Positions 10,121-20,872 of a DNA stretch of 64,000 nucleotides are shown one piece after another. Made by a program: the position numbers and the translations under genes. The notes beneath the pieces were generated by a model. The model was not told the origin of the DNA and ran no database searches. It saw only the letters and a list, made by a program, of their open reading frames with translations. Numbering within the stretch: the stretch's first letter is position 1; each line of letters starts with the position of its first letter. The DNA lies in assembly GCA_012523545.1 (NCBI GenBank), contig JAAYIH010000009.1, positions 1,248-65,247 of the forward strand. The letters are read 5' to 3'. This stretch comes from Bacillota bacterium. GTDB lineage: Bacteria > Bacillota > Proteinivoracia > UBA4975.

Positions 10121-10158
10121 GGAAAACCCTGTTCTTTCGCTTCTTGCTCTTTTTCAAA

Positions 10159-10186
10159 GGAAAAAAGGCCGGCTGACGCCGGCCCT
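10159..10186 (-). terminator. Rho-independent terminator downstream of the purine permease
   Basis: Minus-strand GGCCGGCGUCAGCCGGCC hairpin followed by UUUUUUCC, right after the permease stop at 10192. Confidence 0.6.
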
Positions 10187-10191
10187 TGCCG

Positions 10192-11610
10192 TTAGTGCGC
10201 AATGAAGTGAAGCAGGGAAGCCAAAGCCAGGATGTACACCAGCCAGTGCACTTCCTTGCCCTTGCCGGAAACCAGTTTGACAATGGGGTAGGAGATGAAG
10301 CCGGCGGCAATCCCGCTGGCGATGCTGTAGGCAAAGGGCATGAAGACGATGGTCAAAAAAGCGGGGAAAGCTTCGGTGAAGTCCTCGAAATTGATGCCGG
10401 TGACAGCGCCCATCATCAGCACGCCGACGATGATCAGGGCGGGGGCGGTGGCTGCACTGGGCACCATGCCGGCCAGGGGGGTAAAGAACAGGGCCAGCAG
10501 GAAGAGAATACCTACTACCACCGCCGTCAGGCCGGTACGGCCGCCCTCGGACACCCCGGCGGTGCTCTCCACGTAGGTGGTGACGGTGGAAGTGCCCAGC
10601 AAGCCGCCAAAGACAGTACCGACGGCGTCGACCATCATGATTTGCTTAATCTTGGGCAGGCGGCCCTTTTCATCCAGGTAGCCGGCCCGGGCGCCGGTGC
10701 CCAGCACGGTGCCCATGGTGTCAAAAAGGTCGACGAAGCCCAGGCTGAAAATGGTGATAAAGCCCAGCTTCAAGGCAGCGGCCAAATCAAACTTGAAGGC
10801 AATTTCGCCCAGGGCCTTGAAGTTGCTGGCTATGTCGAGGCTGATGAAGCTCTTCAACCCTGTGGGAATGCTGGTTACAGTGACGGCAACGTCCTCAGCC
10901 AGGCCGTATGCTTCTGGACCCACTCCCCAAAACCAGCCAATGAAGGGGGCGCCGGCAGCATATGCGGCGGCGCTGGGGAAGAACCAGCCCAGGACTGTGG
11001 TGATCAGGATGCCCAGCAAGATGGCGCCGCGGACCCGGGCGGCCATGAGGATAGCGGTGATAATCAAGCCCAACACGGCCAGGAAAACCGGAGGCGAAGC
11101 GATGTCGCCCAGGCTGACAATTGTCCCTTGTCCCTGGACGATGATACCGGCGTTGGAGAAGCCGATGAGGGCGATGAAAAGACCAATACCGGCAGCCACG
11201 GCTTTCTTCAGGGAGGCGGGCACCGCCGCGTCAATCCAGTCAATGGCTCCGGTAATTGCCAGGATAAAGAAGACGGTACCGGAAATGACCACAGCGCCCA
11301 GGGCGGCCTGCCAGGAAGCGCCGAGGTCGAGAACTACCGAAAAAGCAAAAAAGGCGTTGAGGCCCATGCCGCTGGCCAGGGCAAAGGGATAGTTGGTTAC
11401 CAGACCCATGAGGATGGTGGTCACGGCCGCGGACAAAATGGTTGCCGTCATGATGGCGGTAAAAGCGTTGGGCGTGTCAATGGCAGCGGAGAGAATGTCG
11501 GGGTTGACAAAAATGATATAGGCCATGGTCATAAAAGTAGTAATGCCGGCGACAATCTCGGTGCGCACTTTCGTGCCGTGTTCCTTGAGCTTAAAAAGCT
11601 TCTCGAACAT
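10192..11610 (-). CDS. pbuG: Guanine/hypoxanthine permease of the NCS2/AzgA-PbuG family
   Basis: 472 aa polytopic membrane protein MFEKLFKLKEHGTKVRTEIVAGITTFMTMAYIIFVNPDILS... typical of the AzgA family. Sits directly behind a guanine riboswitch, as B. subtilis pbuG does. Confidence 0.85.
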   Translation of the reverse strand: MFEKLFKLKEHGTKVRTEIVAGITTFMTMAYIIFVNPDILSAAIDTPNAFTAIMTATILSAAVTTILMGLVTNYPFALASGMGLNAFFAFSVVLDLGASWQAALGAVVISGTVFFILAITGAIDWIDAAVPASLKKAVAAGIGLFIALIGFSNAGIIVQGQGTIVSLGDIASPPVFLAVLGLIITAILMAARVRGAILLGILITTVLGWFFPSAAAYAAGAPFIGWFWGVGPEAYGLAEDVAVTVTSIPTGLKSFISLDIASNFKALGEIAFKFDLAAALKLGFITIFSLGFVDLFDTMGTVLGTGARAGYLDEKGRLPKIKQIMMVDAVGTVFGGLLGTSTVTTYVESTAGVSEGGRTGLTAVVVGILFLLALFFTPLAGMVPSAATAPALIIVGVLMMGAVTGINFEDFTEAFPAFLTIVFMPFAYSIASGIAAGFISYPIVKLVSGKGKEVHWLVYILALASLLHFIAH

Positions 11611-11641
11611 TCAAGTCCCTCCTGTTATAGAGATGGTATAT

Positions 11642-11688
11642 AAAAAATCCAGGTGCAGGTCGACAACGACAACCTACCCCTGGATTTC
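11642..11688 (-). terminator. Intrinsic terminator: expression platform of the second guanine riboswitch
   Basis: Minus-strand AAAUCCAGGGGUAGGUUGUCGUUGUCGACCUGCACCUGGAUUUUUUA. Confidence 0.6.
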
Positions 11689-11745
11689 TGCCCACGCCCA
11701 ACTGAGCCCATACCGCCCGGGCATGGAAAAAACAAAAGGGTAAGT

Positions 11746-11814
11746 CCTCGTAGTCAGACAATTTACGGTTGTCTGGTAGAGACTTTCGGGCCATATTCCC
11801 GAAATTATACGAGA
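11746..11814 (-). promoter_or_regulatory. Guanine riboswitch aptamer (second copy) upstream of the permease
   Basis: RNA CUCGUAUAAUUUCGGGAAUAUGGCCCGAAAGUCUCUACCAGACAACCGUAAAUUGUCUGACUACGAGG. Near-identical to the purE leader aptamer. C discriminator. Confidence 0.85.
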
Positions 11815-11845
11815 ACGCATTTTTGAATTTGGAACCACGTGACTA

Positions 11846-11874
11846 ATCATAGACCATTGCAACCAAATGGTCAA
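11846..11874 (-). promoter_or_regulatory. Promoter for the riboswitch-permease unit
   Basis: Minus-strand TTGACC-17nt-TATGAT. Confidence 0.5.
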
Positions 11875-12055
11875 GCCCTTGCAAGAAAAAATCAGTCACG
11901 CTTGTCCTGAAAAAGGATTCGACAATGTGCGCCCAAAGTCCTCCAGACAACGCCGTGGTTTAGTTGTCCTCTGTATTATGCACTGGGCGCTGTCTTTTTA
12001 TATAAGCGACATCCCCAAAACGCCACTGGGGCGGTCCCCAATGGCTGGTTTTGTA

Positions 12056-13579
12056 TTACTCCCACTCGATGGTTCCCGGGGGCTTGGCGGTGATGTCGTA
12101 CACCACCCGGTTGACCTGGTCCACTTCCCTGACGATGCGGGCGGAGATGCGCTCCAGGACCTCCCAGGGCAGCCTGGCCCAGGCGGCGGTCATGGCGTCG
12201 GTGCTGGTGACGGCCCTGACGGCCACCAGTTCGCGGTAAGTGCGCCGGCCGCCGGCGACACCGACGCTGCGCACCCCGGGCAGAACGGCAAAGTACTGCC
12301 AGAGCTGGCGGTCCAGGCCTGCAGCAGCAATTTCTTCCCGCACTATGGCGTCGGCCTCCCGGAGGATGGCCAGGCGTTCTTCCGTCACTTCCCCCACAAC
12401 CCGTACGGCCAGGCCGGGACCGGGGAAGGGCTGGCGCCACACAATGGCATCGGGCAGGCCCAGCAGGGCGCCTACTTGCCGGACTTCGTCCTTAAAGAGC
12501 TCCCGCACCGGCTCGCACAGTTCAAACTTCATATCTGCCGGAAGCCCCCCTACATTGTGGTGGCTTTTTATCGTTTCGGCGCTGTCGCTGCCGCTCTCGA
12601 TGACGTCGGGATAGACGGTGCCCTGGACGAGGAACCTGGCTTCGCCCAGTTGCCGGGCGGCGGCTTCAAACTCCCGGATAAACTGGTCCCCAATGGCTTT
12701 GCGCTTGGCTTCGGGATCGGTTATGCCCCTGAGGCGTTGCAGGAATCTTTGCTGGGCGTCGATCTTTACCACTCTGATGCCCCTGTCTGCAAAGGCAGCC
12801 ATTACCTCCCGGGCTTCGTTTTTGCGGAGCAGGCCGTGGTCTACAAAGAAGCAGGTGAGCTGGTCGCCCACAGCCTTGTGGACCAGCGCAGCGGCCACCG
12901 CAGAATCCACGCCGCCGCTGAGGCCGCAGATTACCTTCTCCCCGCCGATTTGTCTTTGCACTGCTGTTACAGTCTCTTCCATGTAATCTGCCATGGACCA
13001 GTTGGGCGCAATGCCGCAGATGCGCAGGAGAAAATTGGCCAGTATCTCCCTGCCCTGGGCGGTTTGGAAAACTTCGGGGTGGAACTGGACGCCGTACTGC
13101 TTCTTTGCCGGGTGCGCTATGGCTGCCGCCGGGACGGCCCGGGTTGCGGCTATAACCTTAAATCCTGCCGGGACTTCGGCCATATTGCTGCCGGGGCACA
13201 AGCGAATCTGCAGGGGGCGCGTAATCCCGCTAAAGAGGGGATCGTCCTCCATGTCCACCGTTTCCTCCCCGGCCTCCCCTGCGTTGCCCCGCTCTGTCTT
13301 GCCCCCCGCCAACTGGACCATGAGCTGCATGCCCGCGCCTATGCCGAGCATGGGCCAGCCCCTGGCCAAAATTTCCGGGGACAGGGCGCCCTGCCCGGGA
13401 CCGGGCGCGCCGGCGGAGTCGCCGCACAGGACCAGAGCCAGGGGATTACAGGCTTCTATCTCCTGTACGGGGGTGCTCCAGGGCAATATTACCGACCATA
13501 TCTTCAGTTCGCGGATGCTCCGGGCCAGCAGCCGGCTGTGCTGCCCGCCGCAGTCGATGATGACAACAGGTCTTTTCAC
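12056..13579 (-). CDS. guaA: GMP synthase (glutamine-hydrolysing) GuaA
   Basis: N-terminal GATase domain (VVIIDCGGQHSRLLARSIRELKIW). PP-loop SGGVDSAVAAALVHKAVG. C-terminal ...KPPGTIEWE. GTG start at 13577-13579 with GAGGTGGAG upstream. The upstream extension to 13696 (MPARGT...) has no homology and is rejected. Confidence 0.9.
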   Translation of the reverse strand: MKRPVVIIDCGGQHSRLLARSIRELKIWSVILPWSTPVQEIEACNPLALVLCGDSAGAPGPGQGALSPEILARGWPMLGIGAGMQLMVQLAGGKTERGNAGEAGEETVDMEDDPLFSGITRPLQIRLCPGSNMAEVPAGFKVIAATRAVPAAAIAHPAKKQYGVQFHPEVFQTAQGREILANFLLRICGIAPNWSMADYMEETVTAVQRQIGGEKVICGLSGGVDSAVAAALVHKAVGDQLTCFFVDHGLLRKNEAREVMAAFADRGIRVVKIDAQQRFLQRLRGITDPEAKRKAIGDQFIREFEAAARQLGEARFLVQGTVYPDVIESGSDSAETIKSHHNVGGLPADMKFELCEPVRELFKDEVRQVGALLGLPDAIVWRQPFPGPGLAVRVVGEVTEERLAILREADAIVREEIAAAGLDRQLWQYFAVLPGVRSVGVAGGRRTYRELVAVRAVTSTDAMTAAWARLPWEVLERISARIVREVDQVNRVVYDITAKPPGTIEWE

Positions 13580-13886
13580 AGGCTCCACCTCGCTGAAAAA
13601 GTCCGCAGGCTTCTTTTTGTCAATAATACTCCTTGGCAAAGAAGTTGGCAAATCCTGCGCAAAAAATTTCGCCCTTAGTGTTCCCCGTGCAGGCAAAAAC
13701 CCGGCCCTTTAAGGCCGCTGTATTCCTTGCCTCGGATATCCACCAAAAACGCATAGTATGCGGCGTATGCGGCCAAGCCGTGCGCATTTACAGCAAAAGA
13801 CGGCTTCCGGGCAGTGCCGGTCGCCGTCTTTTTGGGTATTCTGCAGGGGCTGCGGCGCAGTCTCCATTGGAAGTTTTCAGCTGCGC

Positions 13887-14828
13887 TTAACGGGTGGGTA
13901 CGGGAACGGTGTTTACCAGTTTGGCGATGATGGCCTGGGTGCTGACGCCCCTGAGTTTGTCCTCGGGGGTGAGCAGAACCCGATGGGCCAGGACCGGAAC
14001 GGCCAGTTCCTTTATGTCGTCGGGGATGACGTATTGTCTGCCCCGCAGCCAGGCCAGGGCTTTGGCGGCCCGGGCCAGGCCCAGGGAGCCCCGGGGACTG
14101 GCGCCCAGGTACAGGGCGGAGATGTCGCGGGTGCGGCTGCACAGTTCTATGATATAACGCACCATATTGTCTTCCAGCTTGACCTGGGCTGCCGCCTCCT
14201 GGGCAGCCAGCAGTTCGGAAGCGGTTATGACTTGTTCAATGGTCTCCAGGGGGTGGTGTCCGAATTCCTGGGTGCGTATGATTTGCCCCTCCGTCGCCGC
14301 GTCGGGATAACCAATCTCCAGGCGCAACAGGAACCGGTCCAGCTGGGCTTCGGGCAGGGGGAAGGTTCCCTCGTACTCGATGGGGTTCTGGGTGGCAAAG
14401 ACCATAAAGGGCTTGGGCAGCGGCCGGGTCACGCCGTCTACGGTGACCTGGCCCTCCTCCATGGCTTCCAGGAGACTGGATTGGGTTTTGGGAGAAGTGC
14501 GGTTGATCTCGTCGGCCAGGACGATGTTGGCCATTACCGGGCCGGGGCGATACTGGAATTCCATGGTTTGCTGATTGTATACGGTGACCCCCACCACATC
14601 GGACGGCAGCAAATCCGGAGTGAACTGGATGCGGCTGTACTTGCTGCCCATGGACTTGGCCAGGGCCTTGACCAGCATGGTCTTGCCCAGCCCGGGGACA
14701 TCCTCCACCAGGACGTGACCTTGGCAAAGCAGGGCCACCGCCACCATTTCCACAACCCGGGCTTTGCCCAGCAATACTTTGTTCAGATTATCCAACAGGG
14801 CTTGAATTTTTTCCGTTGACAATGACAA
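13887..14828 (-). CDS. MoxR-family AAA+ ATPase
   Basis: 313 aa. Walker A GLGKTMLVKALAK. ...DEINRTSPKTQSSLLEAMEE...FATQNP is the MoxR/AAA_3 signature. TTG start. Confidence 0.85.
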   Translation of the reverse strand: MSLSTEKIQALLDNLNKVLLGKARVVEMVAVALLCQGHVLVEDVPGLGKTMLVKALAKSMGSKYSRIQFTPDLLPSDVVGVTVYNQQTMEFQYRPGPVMANIVLADEINRTSPKTQSSLLEAMEEGQVTVDGVTRPLPKPFMVFATQNPIEYEGTFPLPEAQLDRFLLRLEIGYPDAATEGQIIRTQEFGHHPLETIEQVITASELLAAQEAAAQVKLEDNMVRYIIELCSRTRDISALYLGASPRGSLGLARAAKALAWLRGRQYVIPDDIKELAVPVLAHRVLLTPEDKLRGVSTQAIIAKLVNTVPVPTR

Positions 14829-14852
14829 TACCCCTTTCTGCAGTTAAATCGG

Positions 14853-16940
14853 TTATCTGCGGCGGCGGTTGGCCAGGCGGTGCCAGAGCAACCGCAACAG
14901 CGAATAGTGCTTTTTCGCTTGAGCAGGCGGCTGGACGTCTGCAATGCCGCCGTACACCGCAGCTTCCAGACTGTCAACCATTTCCGCAAAAACCGGCTTC
15001 ATCGGCAATTCCTCTACACGGTTTACGTGTTCCCGCGGAGTCTCCCAGGGTTGGCGCTGCCAGCCAAAGAGGCGGAGCCGACGCTGGATTTTTTCATACA
15101 GGGCGGCGACGCTGATCTTGCGCCATTTGTGCCACAGTATGGCCGCCGCGGCAAGCACTGCCAGCAGAACGGCCCCTGCTGTCGCCAGAATCCCCGGCCA
15201 GACGGCTCTTTCGGGTTCCGGCTCTTCCTCCTCGCCGGGGAGTTGTGGCGTAGCAGGCTCCTGGCCGGGATCGGGTTCGGGGTCGACACCGGGCTCCTGG
15301 GGCTCCTGAGGTTCGCCGGGGTCGGGCTCACCCGGGGAACCGCCGGGATAGACCCGAGGCAACGTCTGCCCGGGAGTAGCCTCAAAGGGCACCCAGCCGT
15401 AATCGTCAAACCACACTTCGGCCCAGGCATGGGCGTGGCGGTTCTGGATTACGTAACCGCCATCCTGCCGGGTACCGGAGCTGTAGCCTATGACCCAGCG
15501 GCTGGGCAAACCCACCGCCCGGGCCATAACCACAAAGGCCGAGGAAAAGTGCACACAGTATCCTTCTTTCTGCTCAAACAAGAACCAGTCGACAAAGTCA
15601 GCTCCCGACGGCGGGTACTTGGTGTCCAGGGTGTACTGCCATTCCCCTCTGCGCAACGCCTCGGCCAGGGCCATGGCCTTGTCATAGCCGTTGTCGGCAC
15701 CGCCGGTAATGTTGCGGGCCAGCTCTCTCACCCGATTTGGTATGTTTGGCGGCAGGCGCAGGTAAATGCGGTCGGCCTGGGCATGGCCCAAACTGCGGAG
15801 CAGTTCGGGGTCGTCGTACGGCAATACGGCCTCCATGACGTAAGTATCGCCTTCCTTTAAGCGTGAGGCGGTCAAGAAGGTGTAGTCCATGTAGGCGTAC
15901 ATGGTATTCACCGCCACGGGCAAATAGGTTGCGTAGCGCACCCCCGGTCCGAGCTGCAAGCTGCGGATAAAACGGGGAACGAACAAGGTATTGATGCCGT
16001 GCTCGCCCATGGCGGTTACGGTAACGGTTACCTCCCGCCCCTGGAGGTGCTGGGGCCCAAAAACCGGAACGGGCTCCAGGGTTTTTTGCGCAGCCGTCCA
16101 GACCTGACTGTGTCCGATATATGTCACCCGGTAATCGCCGCGCAGGTAAACGGGCACCGGGGATTGCACAAAGAGCACCGGCTCGCTGTCTTCCCGCAAG
16201 GGTCCTCCCAGCCTGCTGGCTTCGCTGTACCGGCTATAGCCGACGCGGGCAGGACCGCCCTCCCTGGGTCCCGGCCACTCCCATCCCAGCAGGTTTTCCC
16301 ACCATGCCTCCTCAAGGAAATTGCCTGCGGGCAGCGCCCAGGCCACGGCAGTCATTAGCGCCACCAGCACCAGCAGGCTGCTCAGCCAGCGGTGGAGAGG
16401 AAAGAATGTGTCCCACTGGACCCGGGAAGTTGCCATTGCCGCCAGCCCCAGCACCGTATACAGGCTGACGGACCAAAAGGCGTTCTTTCCCGCCCATAAA
16501 TTTACAGTTGCCAAAAGCGCCGCGCCGAAACCCAGCAACACCAGAACGCCCCGGCCGCGGCGAACCAAGACTTTGTAAACCGTTTGGGCGGCAATCACGC
16601 CCAACAGAGACAGGGTTGTGGATGTCAGCGTCAGCACAGTCATGTCGCTGGCACTGATGCCGGCCAAATCGGCGGCAATCTCTCTGACCAGCATGTTCAG
16701 CCAGTTGAGCTCGAAGATACTGCCGGCAAAGAAACTGCGGTGGATTATTACCAGGGCAATGAACACCTTGGCCACCCACGCCTGGCGCGGGATGGCCAGG
16801 TCGGCAACCAGGAACAATACCAGTGCCGCACCCAAAAGGTCCACATTGATAAATTTCATCGCCGCATTGAGTCCAAAAATCAGGGGCAGCAACCACAGCC
16901 AGCTCAAAAAAGCAAGGAAAAGCCTGCGTCCCCTCTGCAT
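14853..16940 (-). CDS. Transglutaminase-like domain membrane protein (multi-TM N-terminus, TGase core, Pro/Glu-rich linker)
   Basis: 695 aa. GYCVHFSSAFVVMARAVGLPSRWVIGYSSG...HAWAEVWFDDYGWVPFEATP carries the Cys-His-Asp transglutaminase core. Six or more N-terminal TM helices. ATG overlaps the DUF58 stop by 1 nt. Confidence 0.8.
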   Translation of the reverse strand: MQRGRRLFLAFLSWLWLLPLIFGLNAAMKFINVDLLGAALVLFLVADLAIPRQAWVAKVFIALVIIHRSFFAGSIFELNWLNMLVREIAADLAGISASDMTVLTLTSTTLSLLGVIAAQTVYKVLVRRGRGVLVLLGFGAALLATVNLWAGKNAFWSVSLYTVLGLAAMATSRVQWDTFFPLHRWLSSLLVLVALMTAVAWALPAGNFLEEAWWENLLGWEWPGPREGGPARVGYSRYSEASRLGGPLREDSEPVLFVQSPVPVYLRGDYRVTYIGHSQVWTAAQKTLEPVPVFGPQHLQGREVTVTVTAMGEHGINTLFVPRFIRSLQLGPGVRYATYLPVAVNTMYAYMDYTFLTASRLKEGDTYVMEAVLPYDDPELLRSLGHAQADRIYLRLPPNIPNRVRELARNITGGADNGYDKAMALAEALRRGEWQYTLDTKYPPSGADFVDWFLFEQKEGYCVHFSSAFVVMARAVGLPSRWVIGYSSGTRQDGGYVIQNRHAHAWAEVWFDDYGWVPFEATPGQTLPRVYPGGSPGEPDPGEPQEPQEPGVDPEPDPGQEPATPQLPGEEEEPEPERAVWPGILATAGAVLLAVLAAAAILWHKWRKISVAALYEKIQRRLRLFGWQRQPWETPREHVNRVEELPMKPVFAEMVDSLEAAVYGGIADVQPPAQAKKHYSLLRLLWHRLANRRRR

Positions 16941-18160
16941 TACAGCACCTCCCCAGTGCGATGCAGACTGAGATCATCTGCTTTGGCGATATTGACAACG
17001 CTGACGCCGGGGCCGGACCAGGGGCGGCTGGGCTTGCCGGCGCCCACCTGGATGACGGTGACGGCGTTGCCCCGGCCCGAAATGCGGTACATAATCTCGC
17101 CGATGCTTTGCCCCTGCTTGGCGGTGACAATTACGATGTTGCTGTTATGCAGGGCCAAATCCCTGTACAGGGCCTGACTGTACAGCACCTTGCCGGTCGG
17201 AGCAATGCCGGCCAAATGCAAAAGCAAGTAGAAATACTCGGCCCGGTTGGAAACCCGCAGGCTTCCGCTGTGTTCGCTGAAATTGCTGTAGAAGCGGACG
17301 GGGATTCTCTGCAGCAGGGCGGCCTTGACCAAAGACGCCGCCACCGAGACGGCTTCCTCAAAGTCGGGGCCGCCTTCCCGCCCCCAGGCCTCGGCGGAGC
17401 AGTCCAGAACCACCAACGAAGAGCTCATCATGAGCGGGTCAAACTCTTTGCTGTGGAGCTCATTGGTTTTGGCCGTGGCCTTCCAGTGGATGAGACTGAG
17501 CCGGTCACCCGGCTTGTATTCCCGCACCCCCGCCAGCTGGATTTCACCCTGGTTGACGGCTTTTCTTGCCACCGTCCCCTCCAGCCTGCGGGGGAAGAAG
17601 CTGAAAGCGTTCAGCGGCACCGTCCGGGGGTATACCACCAGCTTGTCATCTGTCCAAATTTGGTTCTCATAGGTCACCATGCCAAAAGGATCTCCCGATT
17701 GGACAAAGACCGATCTCCAGTAGAAAATGCCCCGGGGAAGCTGGCGCAGGCTGTAAGTGACATAACGGGCCCCTCCGCGCCAGGCCCAAACCATGTTGCC
17801 GCCCGGACGGCCCATAACCTTGTCTGCCAGGTCCGCCGGCACGTTGTCCCTGACCCCCAGCCACGGCCAGGGCAAGTAGCTGCTGACTTTTGCCACGAGC
17901 ATTACCCGTACTTCCGATCCTGCTTCCAATATCTGTTGCCGGGTGCGAAACGTCCTGACAATTTCTATGCCCCGCCAATCCCGCCACTTGTACACCAGGA
18001 TTAAGACAGCGCAAAGCAGGCTGAGATAGGTCAGAAACCACAGCACCGGTTCCTGCAGCCAGGCGGCATAGGCAAGGGCTGCCCCGGCAAAGACCGGCAG
18101 AATCCAGAATTCGTAACGCAACTTGGTCAATAGCAGTCCCCCCAGGGAACATTTTATCAA
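16940..18160 (-). CDS. DUF58-domain protein (vWA-like MoxR partner), N-terminal TM helices
   Basis: 406 aa. ...REYKPGDRLSLIHWKATAKTNELHSKEFD is the DUF58 core. Translationally coupled to the TGase-like gene. Confidence 0.8.
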   Translation of the reverse strand: MIKCSLGGLLLTKLRYEFWILPVFAGAALAYAAWLQEPVLWFLTYLSLLCAVLILVYKWRDWRGIEIVRTFRTRQQILEAGSEVRVMLVAKVSSYLPWPWLGVRDNVPADLADKVMGRPGGNMVWAWRGGARYVTYSLRQLPRGIFYWRSVFVQSGDPFGMVTYENQIWTDDKLVVYPRTVPLNAFSFFPRRLEGTVARKAVNQGEIQLAGVREYKPGDRLSLIHWKATAKTNELHSKEFDPLMMSSSLVVLDCSAEAWGREGGPDFEEAVSVAASLVKAALLQRIPVRFYSNFSEHSGSLRVSNRAEYFYLLLHLAGIAPTGKVLYSQALYRDLALHNSNIVIVTAKQGQSIGEIMYRISGRGNAVTVIQVGAGKPSRPWSGPGVSVVNIAKADDLSLHRTGEVL

Positions 18161-18235
18161 TTTTATATATTCTCTTTCCCCGCGCCGAAAGCCTTCCGCC
18201 AGTGCAAATTTTACCCAACTGTAACTTTTTGGGAA

Positions 18236-18268
18236 TAAAGAAAAATGCCCCTGGTTGCACCAGGGACA
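18236..18268 (-). terminator. Rho-independent terminator after groEL
   Basis: Minus-strand GUCCCUGGUGCAACCAGGGGC followed by AUUUUUCUUUAUU. The hairpin is also readable on the plus strand. Confidence 0.5.
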
Positions 18269-18274
18269 TTCTTT

Positions 18275-20208
<1,934 letters not shown>

Positions 20209-20238
20209 CGGATATACCTCCTTTTTGGTTTTGTATTA

Positions 20239-20265
20239 TTAGCACTCGTCGGTGGCGAGTGCTAA
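20239..20265 (-). promoter_or_regulatory. CIRCE operator (HrcA binding site) of groESL
   Basis: Perfect TTAGCACTC-N9-GAGTGCTAA inverted repeat 30 nt upstream of groES. A TATACT -10-like box lies just upstream on the minus strand. Confidence 0.9.
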
Positions 20266-20430
20266 TCGCAAGTATAATTTTACGTTTACCCCCGGCACGA
20301 GGCAAGAGTCAAATTCCCCAAATTCCCGCGATTAGCCGGAAATATCTGCCCCGTTCTCCCAATTTCTCATAAATATGGCTTCTTCTATCTCAAATTTCCT
20401 ACCATACCAGTATAACCCTGGGCTGTGCGT

Positions 20431-20871
20431 TTATTCAAACCGCCTGGACACTGGGGACGGTTCTTTTTGTCCAGTCCACGCGGGGCAAGAAGAAGCCCTG
20501 GACAAAAAGAACCGTCCCCGGTGTCCGGCCCAGGTGGCCATGGCGCAGATGGCGGCGATGGTGCCCCCCTTGCCGCCAACGCCGCTAAAGGCGCCGGCAG
20601 AAGCCGTGAAGAGCGCGGCGGCCAGGACCAGGGCAACCATGACGTGGCCCAGGCTCTTCAGGCGGCTTGGCGACGACATGCCGATGTAGGAAGCGCAGGC
20701 CGCCATGGGCGCCAGGGAAGCGCCCTGGGGAAACAGGGCCGGCAGCACCAGCCCGGCGGTGAGGGTGACCACCGCCGAGGACAGCACCGCACCCCGTTGC
20801 AGGCGGCAGTTGAGCAGCCAGGTCAGCAGCCCCGCCCCCAGCGAGACCAGCAGCGTCGGGATGAAGTCCAT
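20431..20871 (-). CDS. Integral membrane protein, paralog B of a tandem pair (unknown family). Co-operonic with fdhD.
   Basis: 146 aa MDFIPTLLVSLGAGLLTWLL...YIGMSSPSRL...GVGGKGGTIAA. Shares GMSSP and GGKxGTIAA motifs with the upstream paralog. ATG lies 1 nt after the paralog A stop, with GGGAGGG RBS. The C-terminal 30 codons are encoded by a perfect inverted repeat. Confidence 0.5.
   Translation of the reverse strand: MDFIPTLLVSLGAGLLTWLLNCRLQRGAVLSSAVVTLTAGLVLPALFPQGASLAPMAACASYIGMSSPSRLKSLGHVMVALVLAAALFTASAGAFSGVGGKGGTIAAICAMATWAGHRGRFFLSRASSCPAWTGQKEPSPVSRRFE
20452..20518. repeat. Perfect 22-bp inverted repeat (GGGGACGGTTCTTTTTGTCCAG ... CTGGACAAAAAGAACCGTCCCC) with a 23-nt loop. Arms extend imperfectly to about 29 bp.
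   Basis: Read directly from the sequence. Embedded in the 3' end of membrane-protein gene B. No flanking T-run on either strand. Confidence 0.7.
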
Positions 20872-20872
20872 C

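Noticed and set aside
11867-13678. 603-aa plus-strand ORF
   Set aside because: Antisense to guaA. The GMP synthase signatures (PP-loop, ...TIEWE) on the minus strand explain the region.
13580-13886. Possible riboswitch upstream of guaA
   Set aside because: Only a terminator-like hairpin of the upstream MoxR gene and a short leader are present. No purine-aptamer core sequences (UAUAAU, CCGUAAAU) were seen.
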